Source: Thraustotheca clavata
Lineage: Eukaryota
DNA: 64,000 bases
Assembly (NCBI GenBank): GCA_002081575.1
Contig: JNBS01000224.1
Span: 1 to 64,000, forward strand
Direction of reading: 5' to 3'
Shown here piece after piece: positions 37,417 to 52,159 of the stretch. Every line of letters starts with the position of its first letter. Position 1 is the first letter of the stretch. The notes beneath the pieces were generated by a model, which worked only from the letters and a program-made list of their open reading frames with translations, was not told the DNA's origin and searched no databases. The position numbers and the translations under genes were made by a program.

Positions 37417-39193
37417 ATGCACCGTCGTTGGAGATCACTCGAGAAGCTACGAACTCAAGTGCTTGAAGGAGCCATTGATGCTTTAGATGCAAGCCATCGT
37501 GCTGTTCAAATCGTAGAGAGTACCCCACAGCCCTTTCGCTTGCAGGATCCTCGATTAACTAGCGTTTCTAAAGAACTGATTGAAGCTGCAAAGCAAAAAG
37601 GAGTCAATGTGGCTAATCTTGAAGGTCGTTTGGATCGATTACTAGATGAAGATAGTCGTGTTACTACTAAGATTGACACTTTGACTGACGTTGACGTGGA
37701 TAAAGTTGATTTTAAGACCAAAAAACTACTTGATGTGGTCGAATTTAAACAATTGTATGCATTGCTCGACGAGTACAAATACCTCGAAGCATTTGAACAA
37801 TTGGCAGCTATATCGCTAGCAACATGGCAAAGAACACCACAGTCAACTGTACAACAAGTACTTAAAGCTACGTCAACTATTATGGGGCATTCAGCTATTC
37901 TGGCACAATCAAAAATGGAAACATCATCCAAGAGCTTAACACATTTACATTTCCTTCAATTTATCAAAACACTTCATACAAGTAAAACTCTTCCACCAAA
38001 TTGGATTACATTGCCAACGTCGATTTTTGCAATGAAGTTTGCATCTATGAAAGCTAAGGATGCTACATACTTATTGCATCTTGTAAAAGCTCAAAACAAA
38101 GCGTATGCTGAAAGCATGACATTGCGTTATGCTCTGGCCCAAAAAGATTTAACTGAGCCTCATGTGGTAGCTCCACCCCCACAGCTTCTAATTGCTACCA
38201 TTGATGTTCTTGACTACCTTGATTTACATCAATCCATTCCATTGGTTCAACAAGAATACTCTGGGCGATTGACAAAAGAAATTTTAACTTGTTTTCTTCG
38301 TGTCTTGGCGCAACCGAGGTTACCCCGCAAAATGGTATCAACGTTGAGTGTCACATTTACTCTTGATCTTGTACCTTACATTGAGCTTCGGTTTGAAAGT
38401 GCTCTCTTAAAAGCTCTTGTGAGCAGTGGCCTTATTCAAAATGCTTATGACACATACCTTCGCTTGCACAAATTAAGTCCTAGTGTGAAAATTCCAGGGT
38501 CAATCCAAACAGAAATACTTGTGGGCTTTTATAAACGTAAACTGTTTGACCAATTTCACATCGCATATGAAGAAATGTGGTCTCGAGGGTATGCTATCCA
38601 ACATCATGAATTCAATCTATTGAGTTCTGTCGTTCCTCCTCATGTTCTTCAAAGTGTCATGGGTGAACGTGAATACCTTAAATGCCTAAAAGATATTCAT
38701 ATAAAGGCACGTATCAAATCTGAAGAATCACCACTTCCATCAAAGAAAGGTGCCCTTGATCTACGATTCATGCCTGCTTCTATCTGCACTAAATTGTTTT
38801 GGCTTCATATAGATGATATTCTGGCTCAACGTAAACTTGGTACAAAAAAGTTCTTATTGCGTATTTTGTATCAATCTTCATATAGGCAAGCATGTTGTAA
38901 GCGATATGCGTATTTTTATGAACCAGCCTCAAGTGGAAGACACCCTAAAGTCTGCAATCCAAGCCCAAGATATCAATTGCGAGACACCAAATCGAGGGGA
39001 AATAATTATACCAGCAAATGAACTCAACGACGTAAAGTCTCTGGTATTGATTGAGCTAATATATGTATAGTTTCTTGACCGACAAGAAACTCAAAGAGTC
39101 AAAGACACGGTGTGGAAATTGATGGTCTTTCGAGCTTTAGGAGTTTACTCGATTGTCGTTGGAGCTGCCACATACGTTACCACATTTCAGTAA
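37417..39193 (+). CDS. Helical-repeat (PPR-like) protein with degenerate Smr-like domain and C-terminal TM, 3 exons
   Basis: Long ORF; LDLRFM...DTLKSAI...NRGEIII after an intron near 38840-38885; last exon hydrophobic, stop 39191-39193. Confidence 0.5.
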
Positions 39194-39196
39194 ATA

Positions 39197-41821
39197 CTAC
39201 AACTCGACGGTCTCAATGTAATTCAATGTATTGCGGTAATGTGCATCGATTTCAGCCTTTTCTGGACTCGGATCCATGTTTTCCAAATGCTCTTTAACAA
39301 GTGCAATTAGCCCAACGAGATATTGTTTTGTGATCTAAGTTGACATTAAACCCAATATAGAAGTTAATTTACCTCGGGTGTGTGTGCAAGGAAGAAATAC
39401 AAGTACTAAACGACGTTAGCCTTTACTTTCACAATAGAATTACCTCATCAAGGATTTCCACAAATAATCCAACTTGAGACGAAGAAGAACTGGCACATGT
39501 ATCTGCAATTTTTAAAGCCCTCTGCAGACACTCCAATACTCTAGCCCCATTTCCATTTCCAATGTTATTACCCTAAGTAATTGTGAACAATGAAAATCAT
39601 CGATGCAAATTACTTCAGATCTCTTCGTCGTTTTCCAAAATAAATGAGCACATGATGTGACCATTCTGCATTGCTCCCTTTTCTTCAATATCTTGACAGC
39701 ATACTGTGTAAGTTTGGTAGCCAAAGTGTCCATGTTGGCACTCGACAAGCTTTTCGAATGGCGAATAGCACCGATCATAGCTTCGAGTGCTACGAGCTGA
39801 TGGCAGCATTGACTTAATTGATCCTCATATACAATAAATGCTTGTGTAAAGAATTCATAAGCAATAGCCTCAAGATTGCACCGATCAGCAGTGAGAGCAC
39901 ATTGCAAGAATACGTTTACAAACGTCGGTGTTTCAACTAATTCAACTTTTGATGCTAAAGCAGTCGCCATTTCATGTACAAATTGTAAAACTTCTCTTGG
40001 GGTCACAGTCAAATTTTCAGAGGATACGCGCTGAGTCAATTGTAGCGATAAAAAGACTAGAGGTAATAATGTATATCGGATACGTACAAGTCCACCTTGT
40101 CCAAGCAATTTCCTGGCAACGCAATACATCTAACATTGTGATTACTGCAAGAATTATGCTTGCAATACCTGGAACTGAATGTCAGGGCTGTCATGCCGTA
40201 ATAGGTGAGCTACTTTTGCAACAGTGTGTTGCTCCTTTTCAAAGGTGTTCTAGGCCAAACATGAAAAGGGAAATACTTGGAGATTCTACCCGAAGTGACA
40301 CAGATGCAGGTATTCCAGGCTCCATGTTATCAAGGTCTTCTCGAATCAATGGTAAAAGCAAAGTAAATACTCTTTCAACTACATCTGGTGACTCAACGAA
40401 TTGTCTTCGGGTTAAAAGCACATTGCACCAACGCATTGATACTCTCTTACGATCTGGTACAGATAGCCATTGTAAAATATTGTGAATGCTTTGAATAGTT
40501 CCAGCCTCTTCAGCTAGTGTGTGTCCTAGTGCTTCCATCGGGACAATAAGTAAGCGTTCGATTGCTGCTGCTGTTGCTTCTGTGCGACTAGAGTTGAATG
40601 AGGAAATTATTTGTACAGGGTACATACTCGGTAATTCTAGTAAGGAATTCAGAAGCAGCAGCTAAAAGCTTGGCTACATAGCTTGAAGTTTGATCAAAGC
40701 AATTTAAAACGAAGTCTAATATCTCGGTGTATAGCTGTACTAGAGAATCACTAGGTAAAGAAGATGCCCGATGTTCCACAGCATTTGCAGCACAGGTCGT
40801 GAGAGATCCAAACATTGTCTCTTGTGCTGAAAAAACTACAAAACCAAGGTTAGCTCAATAATTGATTGATTGAAACCATGGTTTGCATTGCTTTGATGAT
40901 ACTTCGCCAGCCTTTGCAGTAGTGCCATAACGTGATCACTGATGTCAACTTGATTATTGAGCTCATTGAGAGCTTGGAGAAATGCATCAAAAGTTTTGAG
41001 ATGAAATTCATCAGGAAATACCTACACGACATTACACAATATGAAATGAGATCAATAAGTACTTGAATGATACAATCCATTAAATAAACTTGAGCAATTT
41101 TGTCTTTACAGTTGATAATAATTTCCAACATGCGTGGCAACAAAGTTGTAGCATAAATATCCGTGGTAATTTCATCCAACTGACTAATTCTTACAAGACT
41201 TGTACCGACTAACAGCTTAAGTTCCTGTCGTTCTTTTTCACGTTGTTTTTTATCTTTGATATTGGATTGATATTGCATTCGAATCCATAGTCGATTGGTT
41301 TCATCCCAATTCTTGACAAGAAAAGCAATGGCTTCATCCACATCAACATGATCCAAGTGTTCTTTAACAGATACAACCAAAAAATGTCTTAAAAATAATC
41401 CTCTTTGTGCATGTTGTACTCCTTTTACCATTTCCACAAGATCTTTCACAAGTTCTCCCGTCACCGATGCATCATTTTTCATACACACTGTTCCAACAAC
41501 CACCAAGAGATATAATCTTGGGACAACATTGCCACTGCTCTGAACCTGTTCATACAGCTTTCGCACATTAATATCAAGTGTTTCAATGTACGCTGTTAGC
41601 ACTCGTAGTTCTTCCACTACCAACATATAGAGCTCATAGTAATTTTTCGGTGACAAAAGCGATGTTCGTAATTCCCGCAAAAAATCTGCAGCATGTTTAA
41701 GCACCAGAGCTATATCTACCTCTGTCCCTCCCCCATCCATTGCTCGCTTCATATAAAACGCGCTTTGGCGAACGCTTGTTGACGCTTCACTCAGCAATGC
41801 TTCCTGCTCTTCGTCTCGCAT
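39197..41821 (-). CDS. VPS35: Retromer subunit VPS35 (multi-exon)
   Basis: LRTSLLSPKNYYELYM, GNVVPRLYLL, KGVQHAQRGLFLR, YLMDCIIQ, AYEFFTQAF, CAHLFW. Confidence 0.95.
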
Positions 41822-41971
41822 TTTCTCAACTGTGGGCCATCCGGAAATGATTTCCGGAAGATATAATGCAGTATGACGTGGCATGCTAACAAAACAGCAT
41901 TTGGTTACTGACGTGGCACACTAGATGAAGAGTAAAAATGATATGAATATATATGCAATGAGTGATTAGAA

Positions 41972-43743
<1,772 letters not shown>

Positions 43744-44142
43744 CTCGAAATAAGCAATGAGTTTCAGCCGGTTTCACAATGGCCTATTCCCTCATTGCAT
43801 CCCTCATTTCTCTTTTAACAACCGCGTCCGCTCTGTTTTCCACAAATCTACCGTTATCCGGACCCAGGTATCTCACTTGTGTTTTTCGTCGCTTTTTCCT
43901 CACCTTCCGCAGATTCTTCTCATTCCTAACATCTATAATCCCTTCTCTCAAGCTTCCTACAGCTCTAGAACCCTCCTAAACTATGTCTAATGCTTGATAT
44001 GAGCTATGACATCATCACACTACGCAAACACCATCACCCTCGTAAGGTACCACAAGAAGCTGGGAAATAAAAGTGCTGGATTTCGCGTATCCGGATGGCG
44101 GACGATTGGAGCGTGGGTGAATCCAGTGACTTAAAGTCAATA

Positions 44143-45450
44143 ATGCTGCGTGTTGCCACCAAGTCGCCACTCGTTCGCCGCGCTGCGTGGAGTTTGCGTC
44201 GATTGTCCTCATTGCCTGATGGAGTCACGAAGCTTCTTATGCCTTCGTTGTCGCCTACGATGGAATCGGGTACGATTACTGCGTGGTTGAAAAAGGAAGG
44301 ACAAATGGCAAGTGCTGGTGAAATTTTGTGCCAAGTCGAGACAGATAAGGCCACAGTCGATTATGAAATGCAAGATGATGCGGTGTTGGCAAAGATCTTG
44401 ATCCCTCAAGGAACGCCTGTGGATGTTGGCACGCTCTTGGCATACACGGTTGAAGATGAAGATACGTATAAAGCACTCGTGGATAGTGGCGATATTGCCA
44501 AGTTGACGGCAGATACTGGTGCTGCTGCTCCTGCAACGTCTGCTCCTGAAGCAACACCTTCGCCTGCTGTCAATGCTGCACCTGCTGCATCGACTTCTGG
44601 CCATCGTGTTCCTCGTATTCATTTCTTGGGAAAGCGTTCGCTACTTCCTTCATCGCATTTTGAACAAGCTGCTACCAAGGATTTACAACCTACTGTTGCT
44701 GCTACTGCTGCTGCTGTACAAACTCCATCAGCTACACCAGCACCAGCAACTGATGGCTCGTACACAGATTTACCTCTTTCCAACATGCGTAAGATCATTG
44801 CCAAACGTTTGACTGCTTCTAAAGTCACTGTTCCTCACAATTATGCATCTATCGACTGCGAGATTGATGCTATCATGAAACTTCGCAAACGTCTCAAGAA
44901 TGACCATGGTGTCGCAGTGTCTATCAACGATTTCTTGTTAAAATCTGTCGCATGTGCTCTTCGTGATGTTCCTGAAGCCAACTGTGGCATGGATCCCGTC
45001 ACTAAACAAATCGTACCGAATCCTTCAGTGGATGTGTCTGTAGCTGTAGCCACCGATGCAGGCTTGATCACACCTATTGTTCCTAAGGTCCAAAACCTTG
45101 GACTTGTTGGTATCAATGGTACCTTTAAGGAACTTGTGAACCGTGCTCGTGCCAACAAACTTAAGCCAGAAGAATTCCAAGGTGGTAGCTTTACCATCTC
45201 CAATCTTGGTGGATTTGGCATCGATTCATTCACTGCAGTCATCAATCCTCCACAAGCATGCATTATGGCTGTGGGCCGTGGTCGTGTAGAGCTCGTTGCA
45301 CCTGCCAAGGACGATGCCGAGCCTCGTAAGGCTACGTTGCTTAACGTAACTCTATCGTCTGATCGCCGAGTCGTCGATGACGTGGTTGCAGGACAATTCT
45401 TGCAAGCTTTCAAGAAATACATGGAAACCCCAGATCTCTTGCTCTTATAA
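44143..45450 (+). CDS. Pyruvate dehydrogenase E3-binding protein (protein X)-like E2 paralog
   Basis: Presequence, lipoyl domain MPSLSPTM...VETDKAT, inner core PEEFQGGSFTISNLG; DHRxxDG replaced by DRRVVDD. Confidence 0.85.
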   Translation: MLRVATKSPLVRRAAWSLRRLSSLPDGVTKLLMPSLSPTMESGTITAWLKKEGQMASAGEILCQVETDKATVDYEMQDDAVLAKILIPQGTPVDVGTLLAYTVEDEDTYKALVDSGDIAKLTADTGAAAPATSAPEATPSPAVNAAPAASTSGHRVPRIHFLGKRSLLPSSHFEQAATKDLQPTVAATAAAVQTPSATPAPATDGSYTDLPLSNMRKIIAKRLTASKVTVPHNYASIDCEIDAIMKLRKRLKNDHGVAVSINDFLLKSVACALRDVPEANCGMDPVTKQIVPNPSVDVSVAVATDAGLITPIVPKVQNLGLVGINGTFKELVNRARANKLKPEEFQGGSFTISNLGGFGIDSFTAVINPPQACIMAVGRGRVELVAPAKDDAEPRKATLLNVTLSSDRRVVDDVVAGQFLQAFKKYMETPDLLLL

Positions 45451-45543
45451 GAGGCTTGTTTGAATAGATAAATTGTAATGACGGTGTTTGCCATGTACAT
45501 GCAATTCTTTCCATTCTCAAAGAGCGTTAGAGACAAAACGGCA

Positions 45544-46204
45544 ATGACAGATAGCTTACTGTGGCGATATGTTACTGAGGAACAAGTCTTGGATTTGGGA
45601 TTGCATCATACTGCTGAGCTTATCAGAGAGTACCTTGAACAAATCTTTTCATTTCCACCAAGTCCATTGTTTACTCGTTCGACACCAATGCCCAAGAACT
45701 TGCTTCTCGACATGTATATGCATTTGTACGCATTTATCAAGCAAAATGAATTCCCTTCGGAAAAGGCGTCTACACTCTTGGGCTTGTTGCATTCTCTTGT
45801 GCTGAGAGATATGCTTTTGCTTGGAGAAAAGGATCTTCGAAGCACCCCAACTATTTCAAGCAGCTTTAATCGATTCCAAGCTCTGATTTTACAGCACAGT
45901 GTTGAGAGACCACCTATGAGTATGGGAATCTTTACTGCTTCTGATGTGAACTTGATTGTCGAGTATATAACTAACTCGTATTATCGGCATTTTCATCTGT
46001 ACCAAAGTATATTCATTCCTCATACTCACTTGTCAATTATTCAGGTATATACTTGATCCAGTGAGATAATATCTAAATGATTAATAGGTATCGTGTATGG
46101 AAATCAACCGAATTAAACCACTTCCACCATTGCAACTTGCCATTCAACATCAAGTATCACCTCAACAAAATACTCCAAGTGAATCATCCCATGCAGCATC
46201 GTAA
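45544..46204 (+). CDS. CFAP119: Flagellar central-pair protein CFAP119/CCDC189-like, 2 exons
   Basis: HSVERPPMSMGIF...VEYITNSYYRHFHLYQSIF signature. Confidence 0.75.
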
Positions 46205-46225
46205 TATATGTATTAAGAGCAAGTT

Positions 46226-46635
46226 TTAGATAAACATTGGAGCAAATTTGCCATGAATAAGCATCACAAGTTTATCATAATTCGCCATGTCTAATTCAAT
46301 AATAAGCAAATACACAATCATGTCCAACCAACCAAAATCATCGCCAAAGCTAGTACATTTAAACTCTTGAATCGATCCATCATGTTGTACTTGTCCAATT
46401 ACTTCCACATATTTGCTAATTTGATCAATATAAGCCTACTAAGTTCACAAATTAAGTACCTCGAATAGTCTGCTCCTGGTGAAGGATGCACTGTGACCAA
46501 TCCGCCATCCGACGACTTAATAACAGCATTGCTTCCTGTCCAACTCTCCATGCTACCCACCAACGCCACAGTACGATTAATGTAGTTTACCATTGTTGCC
46601 TTGTTCACACGTGGAGCTGGTGCCGATTCCGCCAT
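46226..46635 (-). CDS. RPA3: Replication protein A 14 kDa subunit, 3 exons
   Basis: APRVN..MVNYINRTVALVG, YVEVIGQV, FGDDFDMANYDKLV. Confidence 0.88.
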
Positions 46636-46815
46636 CGCTTTCTTTTTCTACTATGAACTCTCAGTGGTAATATTCAAGTCCGGATACGAATTTCAACTTG
46701 CGCGCCAAAACTTTGTGTTATCCGGAAGATCGAAATTAGTTTATGTAATGTATGTGTATAATTAAATCAAGATTAATTATCAATGCATTTAACAATTTGC
46801 CTAGTACATCACATC

Positions 46816-49117
46816 TTAAGCATCAATTGTCATAACATTCTACGAAAATAAGTTAATGGAAAATAGAGTACAGAATAATACCGCTCCACCAACTTCAAAT
46901 TGAGCAATGTCTGCAGTAGTACTGAAAAGATCTTGTTTCATATTGCCTTGTTCAGTGTTTGTGACTTTGAGTTTGCATTGAAGTAAGTTGTGTAGTTGAT
47001 CAAACATATTTCTTTGGATGACATAATCTCCCAAGTTGGATTTCAGAGTCTTTTGTTGCTTTCGTAATTCTTTTGTTAGAGATTCTTGTTGATTAACTTT
47101 GTTTTTGTAAAGTTCTTGAAATGTACGAAAATCACGGAGTAATTTGCCATTTCCTTTTTCAAATTCTTCTTCTTGAGTAACTTTTTCGAGTCGTGCTGTT
47201 TCGATTTGTAATAATGCATTGAGATGATGATATTGACTCTCTTCACGAAGACAGTCATCTTGAAATGCAGTGCATTCTTGTTCGAGTTTAATACGTTCTG
47301 TTTCGAGTCCAACAGCAGTGTTGTCGTATTGAGCTTTCTTTTCCAAGTATACTTGTTCCATTTCTTGGTACTTTTGACGCACAGCTCGTAAATCTTTGAT
47401 TTGTGGAGCAAGTTGATTCTTACGCTCTTTTAATGTTTGATTGATATCGGTCACAATGCGACTGATTTCTTCCAATGTTTCACCTTTATAAGCATTAACT
47501 TGAGCATTGCGTTCTGAAATTTCATTTAATTTGCCTTCAGTGTCCATGTACCCAACAACACCCTTAGATGCTTCTATGTCTTTGAGTAAACTGTCCAAGT
47601 CATTGTCACGACTTTTTAAAACTTGTTCAGTACGATGCAAAACAACGCTTTCTGCTGTGATTTCAGCCAATTCAGCCTTCATTTTCTTGTAATGGTTTGT
47701 TTTGTTGCGCAGCGTATTCGCATATTGTTTAAATTCTTCTCGCTTCATAAACTTTGGTCCAGAGACTTCTGCCATTTTTGCTTCCTATATATGCTTGTGA
47801 TATATTTTCAATTTTTTAATCACTTACTTGCTCTTCGAGCTGCTTTTGTAGAGCAACCTTTTCTTGTCTTGCTTTATTCATTTCGTCAATCTTATCATTA
47901 AGCTTCTTGGTCTGTATATTGGCATGTTGTCGAAATATTGCCAACTTGTCATCGCCAGCAGCTTTTTGGATGTCATTAAGTTGATCAGTAAAATGCTACT
48001 CAATGTTAAATGATTTGTATAAGACAGCTTACTTGAATTGAGTTTTTCAGACTTTGAATTTCGTCTTCCATATCAGCAATATCTGCTTCAGTTTTTGGTG
48101 GTTCACTTAATGCAGCATCTAAATGCTGAAGTTTTTCTTGTTGAATACGGAATTCAGCTGGAAATTTGTTTATCAAGATATCACGATGCCTGTCAACTTG
48201 ATTTTGAAGCTGGTCAAATAGTTGATCTGGTTGCATGTTTGTAGTGATAGATTGCCGCATTTCGTTTAATCGTTGATCATAGTCCCGGCTACGCTTTTGT
48301 GCCATATTAAGCCCCATCATTTGGTCTCTCTTTCTTTCTGCAAGTTTGGCTTGTTCTTCTTGTTCTTTACGCAGAGCACTTGTAGCCTCCAAAATGTCTT
48401 TAAAGCCACTCTATCACTTAATCAGCAAATATACATTTGAAAATTAGATGAGCACCTCGTTTGCAGTCTTTTTTTTCAAATGAGCAATCTTTTCACTCAA
48501 TTGATGTGATTCTTCTTCAAGCTGGGTAATTTCTTTACGTAGCTCACCTGGTCGAATCTTGCTTGTACGCAATTGTTCCACTTGCTTATGGACATTTTTA
48601 AACTCATTTTGAAATTGTTTATATTGCTCAAATTGAGAATTTAATGCTAAACAAAGTTTAACAATGAATAAATATCGTACATACTGTCATTGCCTAGGAA
48701 TTCTTGTGGCACTTGTAAAGGAGCTAAAAAACGACCAAGATATGCTCTCTTTTTGTGCACAGGAAAATTTTTCAATGCCCAATACAAAATAGGATACACC
48801 ACCATTCGCTCTCCACGAGTTAAATTTTCACGAAAATCCTCAATATCTTGAGGTAATTGAAATTTCAAGAGCTGTAGTAGTTCCATATAGCGGTATGTTC
48901 GTTGTTCATCCAATTCATCACGCAAGTCAATGTTATGTCGTGCATCCATAGCCGAAAACACTTCATTTAGAATTTGAAGTAATTCGAAATTGGATTTTTC
49001 ATCAAATGCCACCTACACAATCTTTATAGATGAATCATCCCTTTACCAAACCAATGTAAAGTTGTGGTTAAATGGCTCCTTGTTTAACTTCTCGACAATC
49101 AACTGCAGTTCACTCAT
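46816..49117 (-). CDS. IFT81: Intraflagellar transport protein 81 (multi-exon)
   Basis: MSELQLIVEKLNKEPFN, KKRAYLGRFL, DDKLAIFRQHA, EFKQYANTLRNKT; coiled coils. Confidence 0.93.
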
Positions 49118-49307
49118 CGGTAAATTGTTCTATGCTCGCAACTCTTCCCAAAGATCGTTTTTCTGTACTCTTATTGGCTCATCAAATCTACTTCCAATTT
49201 GTCAAAATACACGAATATATCAGATTGGATAGTATCTTAGTTTGGAGAACAATTGACAAAAATTAGTTTCTTGGATAATAAATAGTATAGATTAACAACT
49301 AATTAAA

Positions 49308-50456
49308 CTAAGAACTAAAAAGCATTCTTCCTGCATCAGTGACTGCAGGGCATGCTTCAACGTCTACTTTGATCAAGTTCGGATTTGTTTGTTTCAGTGT
49401 GTACATGATATTATCTGTAATGTTTTCACAAGCATACATGATCAGCACTTCAAGTTTAGCAAGTCCAATGATCCCAGACAAATTGGATGTAATTTGAGAG
49501 CAACCTGAAATATCCAACTGAACAAGGTTAGGTGGAAGAACAGTCAAGATCACGCCCGATAAATTCGAGTGTCCTTTGATAAATAGCGAATTTAAATTGG
49601 GGCACAAGTTTAGAAGTGGTATTAATCCTTCATCAGCCAGAGGTGATCGTGAACCAAATGGATTGCTGCACGATAAATCAAGGCACTCAAGGGGATAAGA
49701 TTGATTTTGTTGAGTAAACGCTTGATAGAAATCAAGATTTACGTCTTTTGTATATCGACCACTACCACCCAATGTAAGAACTTTTAGAGTTGGACAATAA
49801 GCTAAGGCTGTAGTGACTATTGCTGGAGGGCTAACCTTTGGATTGCCTTTAAGTTCCAAAGACACAAGATTTGGGGCATTTTGGACCACTTCTAGTATAT
49901 CGTTTGTAAGAAGTTGCCTGCATCGGTTAAAAGACATTGCTCGCAAGGATTTCGCAAATGGCAAAAGGGGTGAGAGGGTGGAAATCCACGAACAATTGTC
50001 TGCAGATACATCCATAAGAGTAGAAGAATTGCGCTCACAAAACAATTCAAATACGTCATCCGTCACGTATTTACTTCCCGAAATATTGATAACAGTCAAT
50101 AATTGTGTGCTCTTGGCAAAATGAATCCAAGCTTCAGTTGAGGCACTAGATTTAAGAATTCGAACACATCGCATAGCTGAAACAAAAGGCAACAATCGCA
50201 TCAATAGACCTGTTGTTGCACCCATGAGCTCTAGATTGCTCCAGTAATTAGTATGATCACGGATTGAAATGCGCATCCCTCGGGAGGTCTGCCCCACAGC
50301 TAAAACATCTTCGACACTCAAAAAACTGGTCACTGCGTTGAGCAAGTCATCGTTTACGATGGCCAAGGAACTTTGGCTCAGCTTAGCCTGCTTGAGCTTG
50401 GTGCAGACAGGGCCCATGGACGAAGGAAATACATTTGAGTGCAAAGCCACGGCCAT
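49308..50456 (-). CDS. F-box/LRR (AMN1-type) protein
   Basis: F-box-like LAIVNDDLLNAVTSFLSVEDVLAVGQTSR followed by Cys-containing LRRs. Confidence 0.8.
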   Translation of the reverse strand: MAVALHSNVFPSSMGPVCTKLKQAKLSQSSLAIVNDDLLNAVTSFLSVEDVLAVGQTSRGMRISIRDHTNYWSNLELMGATTGLLMRLLPFVSAMRCVRILKSSASTEAWIHFAKSTQLLTVINISGSKYVTDDVFELFCERNSSTLMDVSADNCSWISTLSPLLPFAKSLRAMSFNRCRQLLTNDILEVVQNAPNLVSLELKGNPKVSPPAIVTTALAYCPTLKVLTLGGSGRYTKDVNLDFYQAFTQQNQSYPLECLDLSCSNPFGSRSPLADEGLIPLLNLCPNLNSLFIKGHSNLSGVILTVLPPNLVQLDISGCSQITSNLSGIIGLAKLEVLIMYACENITDNIMYTLKQTNPNLIKVDVEACPAVTDAGRMLFSS

Positions 50457-52159
50457 CGTCAAGAAGTGAAATGGACAAGACTCATGAGTATTTTCATCGG
50501 CGCGACTACACAATGAAGAAAACTTTCCGGAAGATAAGATTAAAAATTTTCATTTTATTTTGATAGAAGAAATTGAATAATAAAATACAAGTTGAATCAT
50601 AGTATCCGGATGAACTTTGTGGACGGCACATGTGTTCCACAGATCGGTTTATCCCACAGCTTGTTTTCGGTGATTGGCTCGTTCCAGTGACGACGAGTTT
50701 TTCAATGTGCTGATAGGCTAATGAGTAAAGCCAATCACAGACCAGGATTTGGCCAACACAAATATTGATTTTCTTTGAATTAGATCCGAATTTTGGATGT
50801 TGAACTAGGTCTTTTCAGGGTTTTCCTGTCACTTGACTCTGTCGATCACTTTTTTAGCTGGAATTAATGAATCAAATGAAATTTGTGTAAAGTATCCCTT
50901 TGACGATACTTGATTTAAATTTGAATTTCTTTGATGTAAAGTAAATGTGACGCAATTATATTTAAAAATTGTAAGACATCATTTTTCCACGTTGATTATA
51001 TCACAAGAAGTATAAAACACACCTATATGAATCATAAAACAACATCTATGTAGTTCAAAATTGTTTTAGAAGCATTTATGAATAAGTGATATTAGTACAT
51101 GGGCAATTAAAACCATATTTTCATTTTATACAAGTATTGGTTGCTTGGTCATTTCAATAAGGCATACATCAATGTCATTACTGTATGCATCAGTTATTTT
51201 TATTTTGTACGTTTTCCAGTTATTTTTTGCAGCACACCAAATTGCAGCGTCGGAACAACATTATCAAACTCACATAAAGAAGTTATATACTACGTAGTAT
51301 TATACTTCTTTTTTCCACCAAGACTTTGAGTAGAGATGTCCAAACTTTTTTCACACAGGAGTTGGACATATCAATAACGCACTATTACGATACTTAAATA
51401 CATTTATTAATACCTATCCACTTATGACATCCGTGGGCAGCAATAAGAAATCTAACTTAACTTCATGGAGCGATAGCAGATTGTGAGTTCAATATGTAAA
51501 AGAAATTTGACCAGGGAAAATAAGCAATATCCAACCACTCCTGTACTGGGCTTGTACAGCTATATTGCACTAATGAAACTACTGATAGAACATCTTAACA
51601 ATGCACTTGGTTGACTGAATTAAACATCAGTGATAATACTAACTCGATTACATGAGTCTCCTCTTACTTCTTACCTACTATAATATTTATTCCTATGTGA
51701 ATTATTGCAGTTCTGTCGAAATGGTAAGGTCTAATTTAGGTCAACTTTATGATCAGGTCTGGGCAGACCAATTTACCATAACTAAATGCAGACCAATGTT
51801 TATTATGTATTACTAGTAGAATTACACAAATTATGGTAATAAAAGAATCGGCTCGGGAATTTCCTTTCGTTTTGGACATTGGACAATTCATTGCATTATA
51901 CCACTTCAGTGATTAACAGATCGACAAGATCCTCAGTCCAATTTGCATCATGAACGACATTTTACCGTCGAAGCTATATTAGATATGGTTGTCTACTGCA
52001 TTATACTAAAATGAAGTTTCCCCTGCAAGGCAGGCTATACCTCATAATCATTAAGCGATTATTGATATACTACCTCCGTCTCAAAATGTTTTTCCTATTT
52101 TACTCAGTATACTAAAAACAAGATAAAAGAAAACCAAAATTGTAGTTAAAGCATGTTTT

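Noticed and set aside
50620..50860. Possible snRNA or telomerase RNA (inverted repeats, AATTTTGG, AAAACCCTGAAAA on minus)
   Set aside because: The inverted repeat is explained by two opposed CCAAT boxes; no match to U snRNA 5' ends or a TTTAGGG template
52068..52090. Stowaway-like end TACTACCTCCGTCTCAAAAT
   Set aside because: No matching opposite terminal repeat found
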